This document shows, in pieces, positions 1 through 13,894 of a stretch of 64,000 nucleotides of DNA. The position numbers were made by a program, and so were the translations under genes. The DNA comes from Eledone cirrhosa (taxonomy: Eukaryota), in assembly GCA_964016885.1 (NCBI GenBank), contig OZ024742.1:111724001-111788000 (forward strand). Direction: 5' to 3'. The notes beneath the pieces are model-generated. The model saw only the letters and a program-made list of their open reading frames with translations, was not told the DNA's origin and searched no databases. Positions within the stretch are counted from its first letter, which is position 1, and each line of letters begins with the position of its first letter.

Positions 1-199
1 TGGTAAACGGAATAGAAAATGCTGACAAATTGTTCACAGTTGAAAAAAGGTTTAATTAGGAATAAAAGAGTATTAGTGATTGTATGGGTTAGTATTCAGT
101 TGTCGTTTTAAGTTTTTAAGTTTTTACCGGTTGCGCATTTCTGAATGCTTTTCAAAAATAATTTTGAGATAGAGTGTCCGTGCTGTTTGCTCTGATCTG

Positions 200-234
200 T
201 ATATATATATATATATATACATACATATATACGT

Positions 235-329
<95 letters not shown>
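200..329. repeat. (TA)n followed by (TG)n microsatellite
   Basis: Directly visible dinucleotide runs. Confidence 0.97.
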
Positions 330-332
<3 letters not shown>

Positions 333-863
333 TTCGCTTATCTAAAGATATCCGATATATTTATTAAGTAAATATTTTGGAAGCCAAGCAATGAATATTG
401 AAAGGCATACGTCTGGCAGATCACAGCAGAAGCAGCGCGAGATAACTGCCTATAAGTAGTTCGAAATTAGTGGTTCTCTTCGGAACAGAGCTTCCTGCTA
501 CCCTCTGCAGGAACGTGAAATCAGGTGAGACTATTCACTAATTTCGCCTGTGTAGGTGGACTGATTATCCTCATCTGCACATGAAGCAGTATAAGATAGC
601 TGAATTTAAGAGTTGAAGTAAAATGTAGCTTCAAATTAGATGTACGTTTGTAATTATATAAATACGTCGTTTACAACGATAAATGCTCCAGTTGTATTAT
701 CAACGGCAACGTCAGCCTGTTTTAAAAGTTGACTGAGCATTCTACAGACATTTGGTCTCTTAACGTACTTAACAAAGTTTTCCAACTTGACACTTTCTGA
801 GACAAAGCTGTTTCTTTGAATTACAGTTACAAGTCATGTTTACAGCTGAGTAGACTTAATCAA

Positions 864-866
<3 letters not shown>

Positions 867-941
<75 letters not shown>

Positions 942-955
942 TGAATATACATATA

Positions 956-1016
<61 letters not shown>

Positions 1017-1030
1017 GTATATATATATTT
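867..1030. repeat. (TA)n microsatellite
   Basis: Directly visible; source of the IYIY ORFs at 840-1248. Confidence 0.97.
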
Positions 1031-1504
1031 GTGTGTGTGTACGTACAAATATGTATATATATACAAGGGTGCCATTGTGAGAATGTGTGAGTAAAGAAAG
1101 AGTTTGATTTGTAAACACAGATAAGGGAAATGATGAATTCGCCATTCCACAAATAGCTTTTAGATTGATTGATCTTATAAAAACAACCAAATGAAACAAA
1201 CAATATAGAATAATATAAAAAGAAAATCAATCGAGTAAAATAGGACAACCTCGAATGATTTAAATATAACCAAAGGAATGGTGGAAGGAAATATATTCAG
1301 CAGGCCACAATATAGAGGTGTCAATAATCACGTTAGATTTGCTTAGGAGATCAGGAGTAATAGTTGATTAATAAACAATACAATATCGTAGTAAAATATT
1401 TAACTGAAATGAAGTTTTACTTTCTTTCTGGCAGATAATAGAAATAATTTTACCTCAAATATATCAATACGTAATTGTTTGTAAAATTATTTTTAATTAG
1501 GAAC

Positions 1505-1800
1505 AAACAAAAAGTGCGTAGATCGGAGTTCAGAGAGTCACTCCAGGTAGAACCGCTACTTCTCCAAATTGAGAGATCACAGCTCCGATACTGTGGAAAT
1601 TTGGTTAGAATAACTCTGGAAAGAATCACTGGATATATTTTACGGGCAAAACCAACCGGGAGAAGACCCAGGGGTAGACTCCGAGAAAGATGTTTGGATA
1701 ACATCTATGAGCTTGGCTGGTCAGGATTCGATACGGTTCAGTTAGATACTGTTCCTTCTGACAGGACCCGCTGGAGGTAGTATTTGTGGACCCGCTTGAG
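1505..1800 (+). mobile_element. RTE-clade LINE, 3' fragment
   Basis: ORF 1475-1780 reads KVRRSEFRESLQVEPLLLQIERSQLRY..LVRI..ERI....AKPTGRRPRGR, typical of the RTE ORF C-terminus; homologous to the copies at 2.6-3.0 kb and 46.5-47.1 kb. Confidence 0.85.
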
Positions 1801-2475
1801 GGAGTATTTGTGGACCCTGCCCCCACAATCCTTTCGGGAATAAAAGGTCGAAGAAAAGGAGCAGAAAACAAACAAAAATAATTCAAACATCATTTCCACA
1901 TATTTTCTATTTAATCTGGTATCAGGGTATAGCTGATTGAATTAATTCGAGATCTGATTAATATTTTATTTTGTTCACACGGGGTAACCAGTGAGATTTG
2001 AAGATGAAAGCAATTAACTTAAATTAATCAGTGCACTCCCATTCAGTTAATACTTTAATGGTCATGTCAATGCACCACCGTATAAATCACTTAATATTAA
2101 GACGTAAGCAGCTCCAATGCTATTATGCTAAACAATTTTGTATACTGTTGGGAAAATATGAACTGTCGATATTTTGATATTTTGCTGCGTGCCTTTATGT
2201 TATTAGTTTGGCTTTTAAGTCCTTAGATTGTCTTTTATACCTTCTCATATCCAGAAAATAAATACCAAGCTACTACAGTTGTTAATACGTATCTATTGAA
2301 ACGTTGTCGCTATTTTCGCTCCTGAAAACATTATTAACGCTTAGTTAGTTTGTAGACAGTAGATTACATTTGATATCTATGATTTGAAATATGGTAAGTT
2401 TATGGTTATCGAAAATAATATATACCACATATTTGTTATTTGGGAAAGTGTTCAGATATTGAGAATAATCCCAAT

Positions 2476-2998
2476 CTTCTTCTTCTTCTTCTTCTTCTTC
2501 TTCTTCTTCTTCTTCTTCTTCTTCTTCTTCTTCTTCTTCTTCTTCTTCTTCTTCTTCTTCTTCTTCGTTCACTTATTCCCAAGAGGGTCGTGGAAGCAGA
2601 TTCTTCAAACAATCCTTCCAGCTGATCTTGTCAGAAGCAACCATCTGCAACTGCTCCGACTGGATCCCAAGCAAGAGCAGCCAAGCTCACCAGCTTGCTC
2701 AGAGTCTATCCCTGGGTCTCCTGTCGGTTGGTTTTGCCCGTACAATCTGTCTAGCGATTCTTTCCTCATATACAATAAGCACATGTCCATAGTATCGAAG
2801 CTGTGATCTCTCATTCTCACTTCTCACTACCTGTAATGACACTCTGATCTCTGAGCTACGCACTCTATCGCCTAATGTTACTCCAAATACCCTTCCGAGC
2901 AACCCCATTTCAGCCGCTTGTATTCACGGTCGTATTCCAACGGGCATTAACCCGAGATACATGACCGTAGATAAGGGTAGGTACGAATACAGAATTGG
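2476..2998 (-). mobile_element. RTE-clade LINE, 5'-truncated, with (GAA)n tail
   Basis: Minus ORF LLGRVFGVTLGDRVRSSEIRVSLQV..ERSQLRYYGHV..ERIARQIVRAKPTDRRPRDR; (CTT)n at 2476-2566 is its 3' tail. Confidence 0.88.
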
Positions 2999-3334
2999 TA
3001 TATTATTTTTTTTATTGGCGGGTTATCTGAAATTACACAATAATTACATTACTGTTAGCATTTATTCGGGGGGACATTATTTTGTAAATTCCATGTATTG
3101 ATGTACGCTTGGCTATGACGTTCGATTTGTTACTACATGAATGCAGTTGGTCTCTTGTGTTTTACGAGATTTTTCAGGTCAAACGTAATCTGGTATGTAA
3201 AATTGAATATGAGTGAAAGGGCATGTAAAATCATTTTGGATAGTGAGTCAACTCCGCAAAGCCTCACACGGATATATTACATCAAACTCAACTGTAATTT
3301 TGTCTATTTAGTCTCTCTCTATATATATGTATGA

Positions 3335-3440
3335 TACATTCGGTACACCGACAGCCGAGCTCCTGCCGTTTCAACAGCTACATCCGTATCGCGTAATATA
3401 GTGCGTAATGGTCTAACTGATTTTTACTGTATCTATTGAT
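3335..3440. mobile_element. Diverged member of the short TA-flanked family D (3' half of an HHR on minus strand)
   Basis: Minus strand reads GAAA-CGGCAGGAGCTCGGCTG-TC; gtgcgtaatggtc resembles gtgcgttatggtc in the 21.8 kb and 45.7 kb copies. Confidence 0.45.
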
Positions 3441-3447
3441 ATATATG

Positions 3448-3498
<51 letters not shown>

Positions 3499-4170
3499 TT
3501 AAACAAAATACCAGTTCTGTAAAATCATGGAGCGAGTAACAAACGCCGACCTTGCCGAAATGTAATTTTTTTAGCTTTATAAATATGTATTTAATTCTCC
3601 CTAGTAACGGATTTTATCTCTGATCGTGATTTGAATGTTTATCATATAAATTCGATTCATATTTATTATGCAATTCTGATCGTTTTGTTTATAAAAGAAG
3701 TTGTTTGAATTTAACCGCCAAATGTGTGATTAGTTTTATCGGCTAGCATTGACAGCCTTCATTGGCTGTTCACGTGATGCTGTTGCTGTCTTGGACTGCT
3801 ACATGCAGTCACTGCTGCTATCGCGAACACATCCCCTCGAATATTAGCACTATACTCCGTTGATATTTTACTCCACCATTCCTAGCTGTGTGAATTCTCT
3901 ACATGTTTGGGGAAATAACACGTACATTCCGCGCATGGAATTTACGTATGCACATTCCATGTGTGGGCTGCAGTAATGAAACCACGGGTTCCAGGGCTGA
4001 AAATGATTTGTGTTCCTACACAACACCACAACACCGTTTGTACCACTAACCAACTGATAGTACGCGCTTTGATGTACGGATTTGTATTTACAAAATGCAA
4101 GTACTGTAATATCATAGAGAGAGTAGCAGTCGGCAATATTCAGCGAATTTTATTCGTCTGGCTCGTTAAA

Positions 4171-4216
<46 letters not shown>

Positions 4217-4225
4217 GAGAGAGAG

Positions 4226-4299
<74 letters not shown>

Positions 4300-4601
4300 T
4301 ATTTATACGTATATATTCATAAACAATTTTTCCGAACATATATAGTCTCGATCACGCAAGCAGGCAACAACAGCAAGAACGGCGCCAACGGTTGGTAATA
4401 ACCTAAGCTTGAACAATCTGCCGGGAAGCGTCTCCTGGTCTGTAGTTATTTACTATAGTGACATTTAACTGTCTCTTTCTCTCTCTGTCTCGCTGTATTT
4501 GCCTCGGAACGTTTCATGTGGGAAAGGTAATACGCTTTACAAACATTTCGGGTTAAGAAGGGCTTTCATGTACGAAACAATTTCGTTAACCGTCTTTCCA
4601 T

Positions 4602-4817
<216 letters not shown>

Positions 4818-5349
4818 TGAAAGCACAAACAAGAGACAGGATATTGGGGAAAGAGAAAAAGGTAGAAAAAATAAATTAAACAGAAGTGAAAAAATTAGAA
4901 GAAAAAAAACGCAACAGACATACCGATAGAGAGGACGGAACACGAAGAACAGGCCATGTATGTACAGTAAACATGGGAGAGAGGAAAAGGAGAAGTAAAA
5001 CTGGGGGCTGCACATAAGTCCGAGGTCTTATTAACAGCGAAGAAAAACAAGTCTAAGCTCGGCGGTAGGAGCGAAAACAGTGAGAGACGACAGGAAACGG
5101 AAGTACTAGAGGAGCAGAGAGAAAGACAGGATAAGTGAGTGGGAGAGGGAAATAGAGAGAGAATACCAGATTGGGAGCGCGAGAGAGAGAGAAAGGGAGA
5201 TGTTTTTTTTTGTGTGGTAGTGTGTGTTTGTGTTTATGTGTATGTGCGTGTGTGCGTGCGCGCGTAGCAGATATTGCAATAGCCCGCAGTTCTAGAGGCC
5301 ATAAGTCTTTAATAAGTTGCCAATAAATGTGAGTGATGTACATTGTTTA

Positions 5350-5480
5350 GACATGAATGTCTTCAAGAAATATCTTGACACTCTGCTATCCAAGATCACA
5401 GATGAAGCCACAGCACGGAATGGAGGGAACCTAAAGTCGGCGTCAAAGAATGCCCTTCTGCATCAATGGCCAGCCAACGC
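5350..5480 (+). mobile_element. CR1-like LINE, extreme C-terminal fragment
   Basis: Manual translation MNVFKKYLDTLLSKITDEATA..LKSASKNALLHQW fits the CR1-type tail pattern FKxxLDxxLxxxPDEP..SNSLxHQ. Confidence 0.6.
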
Positions 5481-5560
5481 GGCCAGGTTATAGAAAGTGA
5501 AGCGACAAAGACTCAAGGCTGATCAGTGCTAATGTCAAGGCTAATGTTAACATTACAAGG

Positions 5561-5645
5561 GGTCTGACGAGCCGCGTGTTACAGAGTCGGGTCAGATCGA
5601 TACAGATCGTGCCTTGAAATGATCAGTGGCGAAACGCGCGTCACC
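5561..5645 (+). ncRNA. Type I hammerhead ribozyme with enlarged stem II loop (family B)
   Basis: GGT-CTGACGA-GCCGC-[~50 nt]-GTGGC-GAAA-CGCGCG-TC-ACC. Stem I GGT/ACC, stem II GCCGC/GTGGC, palindromic stem III ACGCGCGT; followed by AATAAA and (TA)n at 5700. Confidence 0.75.
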
Positions 5646-5697
5646 ATCCAATAAATGTAATGAAAGAGTAACCAGTCGTCCTTGTTATCTTATTTCG

Positions 5698-5775
<78 letters not shown>

Positions 5776-5875
5776 ATAATAATAGATTTGAAGACTAAAA
5801 TCAAAAGAGAGCTCGATAAGGATAAATATATATGAAATATATATGAACCGTAGAGCAAATATTTATTAAAATAAC

Positions 5876-5950
5876 AGTTTCAGAAGATCCCATTAAGGGT
5901 GAAAGCAGTGATTCTTTGCTTTAAACTTTAATCTGTTATTTTAATAAATA
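5876..5950 (+). ncRNA. Hammerhead-like fold with CAGAAGA core in a short repeat ending at AATAAA/(TA)n
   Basis: AGTTT-CAGAAGA-TCCCATTAAGGGT-GAAA-GCA..TGC-TT-TAAACT; near-identical copy at 29498-29570. Confidence 0.55.
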
Positions 5951-6018
5951 AATATATATATATATATATAAATATTCATGCATGGTACTCAACACTCTTG
6001 GAAACCGAACTTAACGTT

Positions 6019-6058
6019 CACACACACACAGACACACACAGACACACACAGACACACA

Positions 6059-6156
<98 letters not shown>

Positions 6157-6189
6157 AACACACACACACACACACATCAACACGCACAT

Positions 6190-6223
<34 letters not shown>

Positions 6224-6225
6224 GC
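6019..6225. repeat. (CA)n microsatellite
   Basis: Directly visible. Confidence 0.97.
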
Positions 6226-8121
6226 ATCACAAACAGACACACATATCTATATGCATGCATATATATCTACATGTATGTGTATGCGTGTGTATTCCCGTGC
6301 ATGTTTGTATGTGTATGCATTTGTGAATGTATATATTTGCGCGGATGCATATACGTATATGTACATACGTAGCAAACAGGCTGATACACATGTATATAGT
6401 CACACATTCATGCGTTCATAAAATATTAACATGTATGCATTAGTGATGCCGTAATGTAGACCATTTGAATTTGATCATCATGATAATTTGAATACATTCA
6501 ATTATTAGTAATATTCTATTGATATTTACATTCTTGAGATGCCACTTTAAATTGTTATGGTTTAGTCTTCTGCAAGCATATCTCCGGAAAGTACTTATTT
6601 GTAATAAGGTAATTTTCTAGAACGATATTCAATATACGCTGAGTCGTATGGTCAATAGTCAGCCTCTGATTTTGAATAGTATTTAATTTCCATAAATGTA
6701 TTTTGATAGCACCTTTTATGAAATAATTTTCACTCACTGCGTTTAGAGAATGTTCACGAAGTATGATTACAAACAACAATTGGTAGTTGATGAGGTAGTT
6801 GATGAGATAAAAAAATAATAAAGTTTTCGATGTGAATGGCGAAATGCCATGAATAGCTACTGGAGCACTTGGCGATAATGTTATCCAGAAAGCACAAGGA
6901 GTTATTCTCTACTAGTCGATAAACCACACGTCAGTACGGCTGGTTTAATAACATCATATATGACATAAAAAGAAACTGCCGCATATAGCTGCCGAGATAT
7001 TCTAAGATAAGATACTAATGTCTATTGCAATGAATATTAAATTTGGCTAATGGTCAATTTTGGCTTCGTTTTAGGGCTAAAGGCGCCCTCGGCTATGTTG
7101 AGAGATAGGTGTTACAGAATAAACTATAGGTCTTAATCTTCCATATTCTAATGACCTCTATTCATTGAAGAGCTACTACTGGCCAGCCAAATCAAGGAAA
7201 ATGTGATTCATTATTTTATTGATTATACATTTAAATTCGTCAGCATAGAGTCCAGACGTCGGTAGAGAACCCCCCAGGCATGAGAAATCACTGTAGTCGA
7301 TAGTTGATACGGACGCCTATCAATCTCAAACATCATAACTTTCTATGGGATGAATGTATTTGGCTTCTGTAGATCTTTCAAAAGGAATTACCTGCAGTTT
7401 TCATAAAATTAACAACAATGAAAGAAAACAAAATCCGATAACTAAATAGTTATTTATTAAATGCATAGTTTTGAGCAGTTTCTCTTGCCACTAAAGTAAA
7501 TGCGAAAAAATAAATGCTTTGTCATGAGTATATTATATATATTGTTAGATCATAAACTTGAAAATCGTCGGGGGTCACATGAATATTTTTGATGTAAAAT
7601 GGGATTGTAGACTTCAACTGTTTATTATTCAGACATTACATATACCTAGAAACCATCAGCACACTTTTCAAATGCATAAAATAGATAGATTAAACTCAGT
7701 AGTAACACTTTTGTTTATTGGCTCATATTAAAGTTAAATTATAAAGACTGTAGATGAAATCGCATAAAGCAATATATGATACTAATATTATACTTTAAAT
7801 TCAAACAGAGCTCAGGTTAAAGTAACGTTAGTCTTCATTAAGATAAGAGTTACCTAGCTTTTTGCTGGAACTCAATATAGGCGAAAACATATTGTTTTGC
7901 CGCATTTGCATACGGAGCTGTAGGCTGGCTCTGCACCCCACCACAAGCGTCTAAATACATAGCTCAAGGATTTCAAATCTTTAAACATATACATATCGTA
8001 TATTATCAGATATACAAATACTCATATTTATATGTATATAGTTATGCTGGACCGACCATTTTCATCACACACACGCACACACGCACGCAGACATACAGAC
8101 ACCCCCCCACACACACACACG

Positions 8122-8176
<55 letters not shown>

Positions 8177-8254
8177 TATCGAATTTTATCAGACTTCCGA
8201 GGAAACGATGTTTCCATTTGTCTTTCCAATTGTTAATACTATATACCGGTAGCA

Positions 8255-8376
8255 AATCTAGGTAGTTAGAGCAATGTGAAATAGAGTATCATGCTCAAGA
8301 ATATAACTCATCGTCCGGTCCGTGAACACACAACCTCACGATTCCAATTCTCTAACCACTCATTCACGCGCCTTTA
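8255..8376 (-). mobile_element. tRNA-derived SINE 5' part (A/B-box-like head plus CORE-like segment)
   Basis: Minus strand ggcgcgtgaatgagtggttagag..gttgtgtgttcac..cttgagcatgatactctatttcacattgct. Confidence 0.55.
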
Positions 8377-8382
8377 CTATAT

Positions 8383-9016
8383 ATGATGCACTACTACGTC
8401 GATACCTGACGTATGAGTGTCCAAAAAAAGTTCAACTCTCTGGATGGCGGTGTCTCATGTGACATATCAATCTCGCCAGTGACCCACAGAACAAGCCACA
8501 TAGGTCGCAAAACAAGAGTTGATGGAAAGTCTTGCAGGTATGAAGACCCCTTACTTCATCCCTGTGCGACTGGATTCAAAGCTCTTGATCGCACTATGGC
8601 CCCTTTCTCTCCAGTCCTTTCTCTCAGCAGCAATTTGTTCGCAATCATGGAAAGGGATTACAAGAGCAGTGAGATTTGATTTTACTAATCTTTATAGCGT
8701 AGCCAAGGTCTACCAACCTATCAGCTGCCGCTGCAAGGCTGACCATACACGAGGACTTTTGGAATTCTGTCGTCACTCATATGGATGACATGGCCTGCCC
8801 AATGAAGTTGAGATTGTATAAGGAAAGTTTCAATTCCCACACTGCTGCATTTGGTTAGGATATCGACGTTGGAGATATTATCTTCTGTTACATGAACACA
8901 GAGGGATCCCAAACATCCCTTGTGGAACACATCCAGCTGGTTTATGCGTGACCGATATGGTGTCCAGGATTCTGATCCATAAGGCAATGCGGTGAGAACA
9001 ACTGCCTTCATACTCT
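8383..9016 (-). mobile_element. RTE (BovB-like) LINE 3' fragment bracketed by a ~38-bp target-site duplication
   Basis: ORF 8721-9011 [45 protein letters not shown]; C-terminal Cys/His remnant; direct repeat at 8345-8382 and 9017-9054. Confidence 0.88.
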
Positions 9017-9057
9017 CAATTCTCTAACCACTCAGTCACGCGCCTTCACTATATGTA

Positions 9058-9136
<79 letters not shown>

Positions 9137-9249
9137 ACATGTATATATACATATCTATATGTGTGTGTGTATCCCAGATTCAAACGGGGGCAACCACAGT
9201 AAGTAAGGTGCCCAATACTACATAGTAGAGTATACATGTTTAATATAGA

Positions 9250-12200
9250 AATTGCATCTACAAGACTAGAACTGTTTCATTCGAAGTAAAATGTCATTTT
9301 ATTTGGAATCTCCTAAAATATATGAATCTCCTAAAATATATGAAAAGTGGCTCAACTCTACCCCGATCATCGTCTGCAAAAAACTTCAAATAAAACCCAT
9401 CGCGAATGAACCAGAAAACCAACAAAAACTTGGGAAAAGATGGCGTTAGAAAAGTTTAAAATAGAAATAGAACTGTTGCGGATAAGAGCCAACTCCAACG
9501 AAGAAAAAATCAAGTCACTCGACCAACAGATGGAAACAGAAATCTCCAGGCACTCTGAAGGCCTACTCTATGAAAAAACCTTAAAACTTCGGAAAGAAAA
9601 TTCTGAGGATGAAGAACTAACATCCACCCAGCGATTGGAAAAAAACGCCACCTGGTTCAACAACTATGAAATGGATTTAAAAAATGAACAACATACAGGT
9701 AACCTATTTTTAAAACAAACTAAAACTCACACACCACACTCAAAAAAATAACAAAAAAAGTAACAAAACGTCCAACATAACCCCAGCAAAACTATGACGA
9801 TAATCCTAGAACCCATAGACAAAACTATAACGCTACTAACAAAAACCGAAGATTCCCCGACACAAGACAGGACACGATCCGCAGATTACAACCCACACAC
9901 AACCTATTCCAAAACCATAGACTCCAACCCACACAGAACCTGTTCCAAAATCGTAGATCCCAACCCACACAAAGGAACACAATCTACAACACGGAATATC
10001 AACAAAAGAACCTCCATACGTCAGAAACTTCCTTACAAGACCACACAACAACAGAGAAATGCTATTAGATATAATAATACCAATAAAAAAACAATTCAGA
10101 AAAATCATTTATTAGACCAAGGCTACATGACCCACGACACCCGGTTGCACAAACCGATTTTGAAAAACTGAAAATGATCAACCTTTCAAATACAAACTTC
10201 TCAGCCCAACAAATTAAAATTCTCTCCAAAGGACTGAAATTCACACCAACACCACAATACTCTAACCTCAATGAGATAAATGACGATATCTCATACTTCT
10301 GTAGAAAATTACGTGTCACAGAGGAATTTTTTGCTAAGGAGAATAACGATCAATCAATTACTACAACCCATCAAAAGGTAGAAACAGAGTTCTTGAAAAA
10401 TTTTATGACCGCATAGCAGCTTTCCCATACCATGAACTACCGCAACCTAAACCCAAACCCAACACGAGTCGAAGGGAAAGGGAGATTATCCATGAACTAA
10501 AAATCAATACGGACATTATAATTAAGGAAGGAAACAAGGGATGTACTGTCGTCATTATGGATGCTGAACAATATAAACATTCTATATTCTCTCTCTTACA
10601 AAATAATAACTACTATGTAAGAGTAAAAAACCACCAGCAATTTAAAAACGATAACCAGATTAAACACATTCATTTGTCGATACCAAGAAGACTTAACTAA
10701 AAAGGAACGCGATTATTTAACACATTTTGAATACAAAACCAACGGACTTCCGAAGATCCACAAGTGTAAAATAATTAACAATGGCTGTAAACAATCCACC
10801 TCAACCTGCATTGTAGCGGGCCTACAATGTGAAACACACAGACTAAGCAACTTATAGACATAATACTAAAACCAATTCTCAAACACATAGCAAGCCTTGT
10901 AAGAGACGATCGGGACCTCTTAAACCACCTCCCCAAACATGTCAACAACGACACTATTATTGTGTCTTTCAATGTAGTGAATCTCTACACAACGATCCCA
11001 CACCAATACGGACTAGGTGCAATAGGATTCTGGCTAGAGAAATATCCCAATGAGATACCTGAGAGAATAGAAAAAAGCTTCATCACCGAGGGATTAACAT
11101 TTATTTTACGAAACAACATTTTTGATTTCGATGGCAGTACTTACAAGCAAATATCCGGCACTGCGATGGGTACAAAAGCCGCTCCAAGTTATGCCAACTT
11201 AGTCATGGCATTCTTGGATGTCCAGATATATGAACAGTCCAAATCAAAATACAGATTGAACTTCCACAAATATTTATCAGAGAATTGGAAACGCTACTTG
11301 GATGATTGTCTCATTCTTTGGTCTCACACACTCGACCAACTAAATTATTTCAACAATTTAATTAAGGCATCAATAACCACATCCAATTCACAATGGAATA
11401 CAGCCAAGATTAACTCCCCTTTCTGGACATCTTAATCTTTAAAAAAGACACAAATATTGAAACTAACATACAAACCAACAGATGCCAAACAATACCTGCT
11501 ATTCACCTCCAGCCATCCAAAGAAAACGAGGATGAACATCCCTTCTAAGCTAGCAAGAAGAATTTGCACAATTGTCTCCAATTATGAAGACTTCAAGAAT
11601 TAAAGTAAATTCTACTTGAAAGACAGTACCCACCATTACTAATAAATAATAGAATAGAAAGGGCTAAAGCAATAGGCATTGATGAATTACGAAAACAGAA
11701 ACAAATTCAAGGTACGTCCAATATTCTATCATATATCTCAACACATAACCCAAGAAATGCAGAAGCTTACAACTCTATTCACAAGAACATCCCACTATTG
11801 AAACAAGACTCAAGAATGAAAAAGCCATTGAAACACACAAAATAATCAAAAGCAAAAGACAACCGAAATCACTAAAAACATTACTCACCAATGCCAAATT
11901 ACCTACCACAAACCAAAAAGCAACTGTCAAAAAATGTGGTCGCTCTAATTGTGGTACCTGCACTCACCTCATTGAAGGCAACACGTATACATTTCAATCA
12001 GGACAATATTTAGCTGTAAAAAATCACTTCACTTGCTCATCAAAAAATCTAATATATGCTAACTCACAGCCAGAAATAGAATGACAACAATTACGAGATC
12101 GCCAACAATTACGAGATCTAACCACGAGACAGATCCAACTAAGTGCACATCTAGACATATCGGCAAGTAATAAGACACCCAAATTCCAAGTCTTCCCAAT

Positions 12201-13477
12201 TTATCTTTGCGCTGACAATACAACAGAACAAATACGAATAAATAAGGAAAATTTATTTATTCAAAAATATAGACCAGCATTAATTATAGTTTAATATATA
12301 CATTATGTCAACACCATAACATGCTAACCATCCAAAGAGACACATAGATACACACACACACATAACACCTACTTTAGAAAATAAAAACCCGAACTAAATA
12401 AACCTTAACATACGTTAATGCTCTAACACCTTAACATGCTAACCACACACCCCACACACACATAACTCCCTCCCCCATTTCTACTAAGGGAATCACTTTC
12501 CTACACTACAAACACACACACACAAAATATATATATTCTCTCCATCTTAACATGCTAACAGTACTCCCCCTTACACATACACACACACACACGTAACACC
12601 CATACACACACATATAACACCCATACACATACACAACTCCCACCACCATTTCTACTATAGAATACTTTTCCTACACACACACTCACACACACAAAATATA
12701 TATATTCTCTCCGTCTTAACATGCTAACCATACTCCCACACACACATACACACACACACATAACACACACACACAAACTATATATATTCTCTCCCTCTTA
12801 ACATGCTAAATATGCTTCCCACACACACATACATACACACACAACTCCCTCCCCCATTTCTACTAATATAATCATCTTCATACACACACACACACACACA
12901 CACACAAGCACACAAATAAACATACATATCTTTACTTTCTTTATTTCAATAGAAAGTTTGAATTCTAACACCCCAGCGCACCAGCCATATTCACTGAACC
13001 AGAACAATTCTCCCCATCACATTTCACTTGACCATTATCTTTTGTTTGGCACAAAACTCTATAAAAGGCTACAAAAGAAATTCCCAAATAGGGGCGCAAA
13101 ATTTAATGAACTTGTTCACATGTCAGTCATAATTTCATTTATAACCAATCAAATTACATTTCACCACATGAGTCATACTCAGAACAACTCTCTCCATCCC
13201 TTTTTTCTTGACTATTATCTTTTCTTTGAGATAAAATTCTCTAAATGGCTATAAACAAATTCTAAAATACGGGCGCCAAATTTAATGTACTTGTCCACAT
13301 GACAGTCATAATTTCATTTATAACCAATCAAATTACATTTATAAAAATAAGCCTTCGTGAGCCACTTTTTTAAGTAAAAAGAAATTCAAACACAAACTGG
13401 CGCGAAAGCTGATGTGATTATTCACGTGACTGCATAAACCAACCAAACTACACTCATATATGAACAAACAACCTGAG

Positions 13478-13524
<47 letters not shown>

Positions 13525-13852
13525 ACTTTGTTTGAAGAACTTTGTAACGCGAACTGGCGCGAAATTTATTAAATATATTATATTATTCACCAACCAATCA
13601 AATTACTTCTCTAAAAACCTGGTATTTCGTGCCACTTTTTTTCCATATAAAACAAGTAACATTCAAAGACCAACCAGATGTGAGAAAAAGCACAGAGCCT
13701 CCATCTCAACTCTACTTTTGAAAAGTAGAAGAACTGCGAAACCGTTAAAGGAACGAAATAAATATATATATTGTTTTTAAAAGAGACCAGTTGCATTTTC
13801 GATTGCATATTTTCCCTTATACTTTCACTCATTTCCTAAAAAACACCTTCGA

Positions 13853-13860
<8 letters not shown>
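9250..13860 (+). mobile_element. Penelope-like element (Neptune-like), decayed near-full-length copy: RT + GIY-YIG + long 3' UTR
   Basis: INLSNTNFS..ILSKGLKFTPTP; SFNVVNLYTTIPH; QISGTAMGTKAAPSYANL; WKRYLDDC; linker KCGRSNCGTC and FTCSSKNLIY of the GIY-YIG; frameshifts and stops; ends at (TA)n 13860. Confidence 0.92.
13715..13750 (+). ncRNA. Degenerate hammerhead in the 3' region of the 9.2-13.9 kb PLE
   Basis: CTT-TTGAAAA-GTAG-aagaa-CTGC-GAAA-CCGT-TA-AAG followed by AATAAA; core mutated, and an alternative hairpin ctactttt/aaaagtag overlaps it. Confidence 0.4.

Positions 13861-13889
<29 letters not shown>

Positions 13890-13894
<5 letters not shown>

Noticed and set aside
440-530. TATA-like TATAAGTA followed by a CAG|GTGAG splice-donor-like site
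   Set aside because: Short motifs expected by chance; no linked coding exon found
840-1248. ORFs rich in IY, HT, CV or SL dipeptides here and throughout the window
   Set aside because: Translations of (TA)n, (CA)n and (GA)n microsatellites, which lack stop codons
2345-2625. Poly-E/F/L ORFs (also poly-K/L at 46368-46652 and poly-R/F at 33797-34040)
   Set aside because: (GAA)n tracts, in two cases LINE tails, not proteins
7320-7400. Possible minus-strand terminal exon after ctgcag (VIPFERSTEAKYIHPIESYDV*)
   Set aside because: No recognisable homology and a weak polypyrimidine tract
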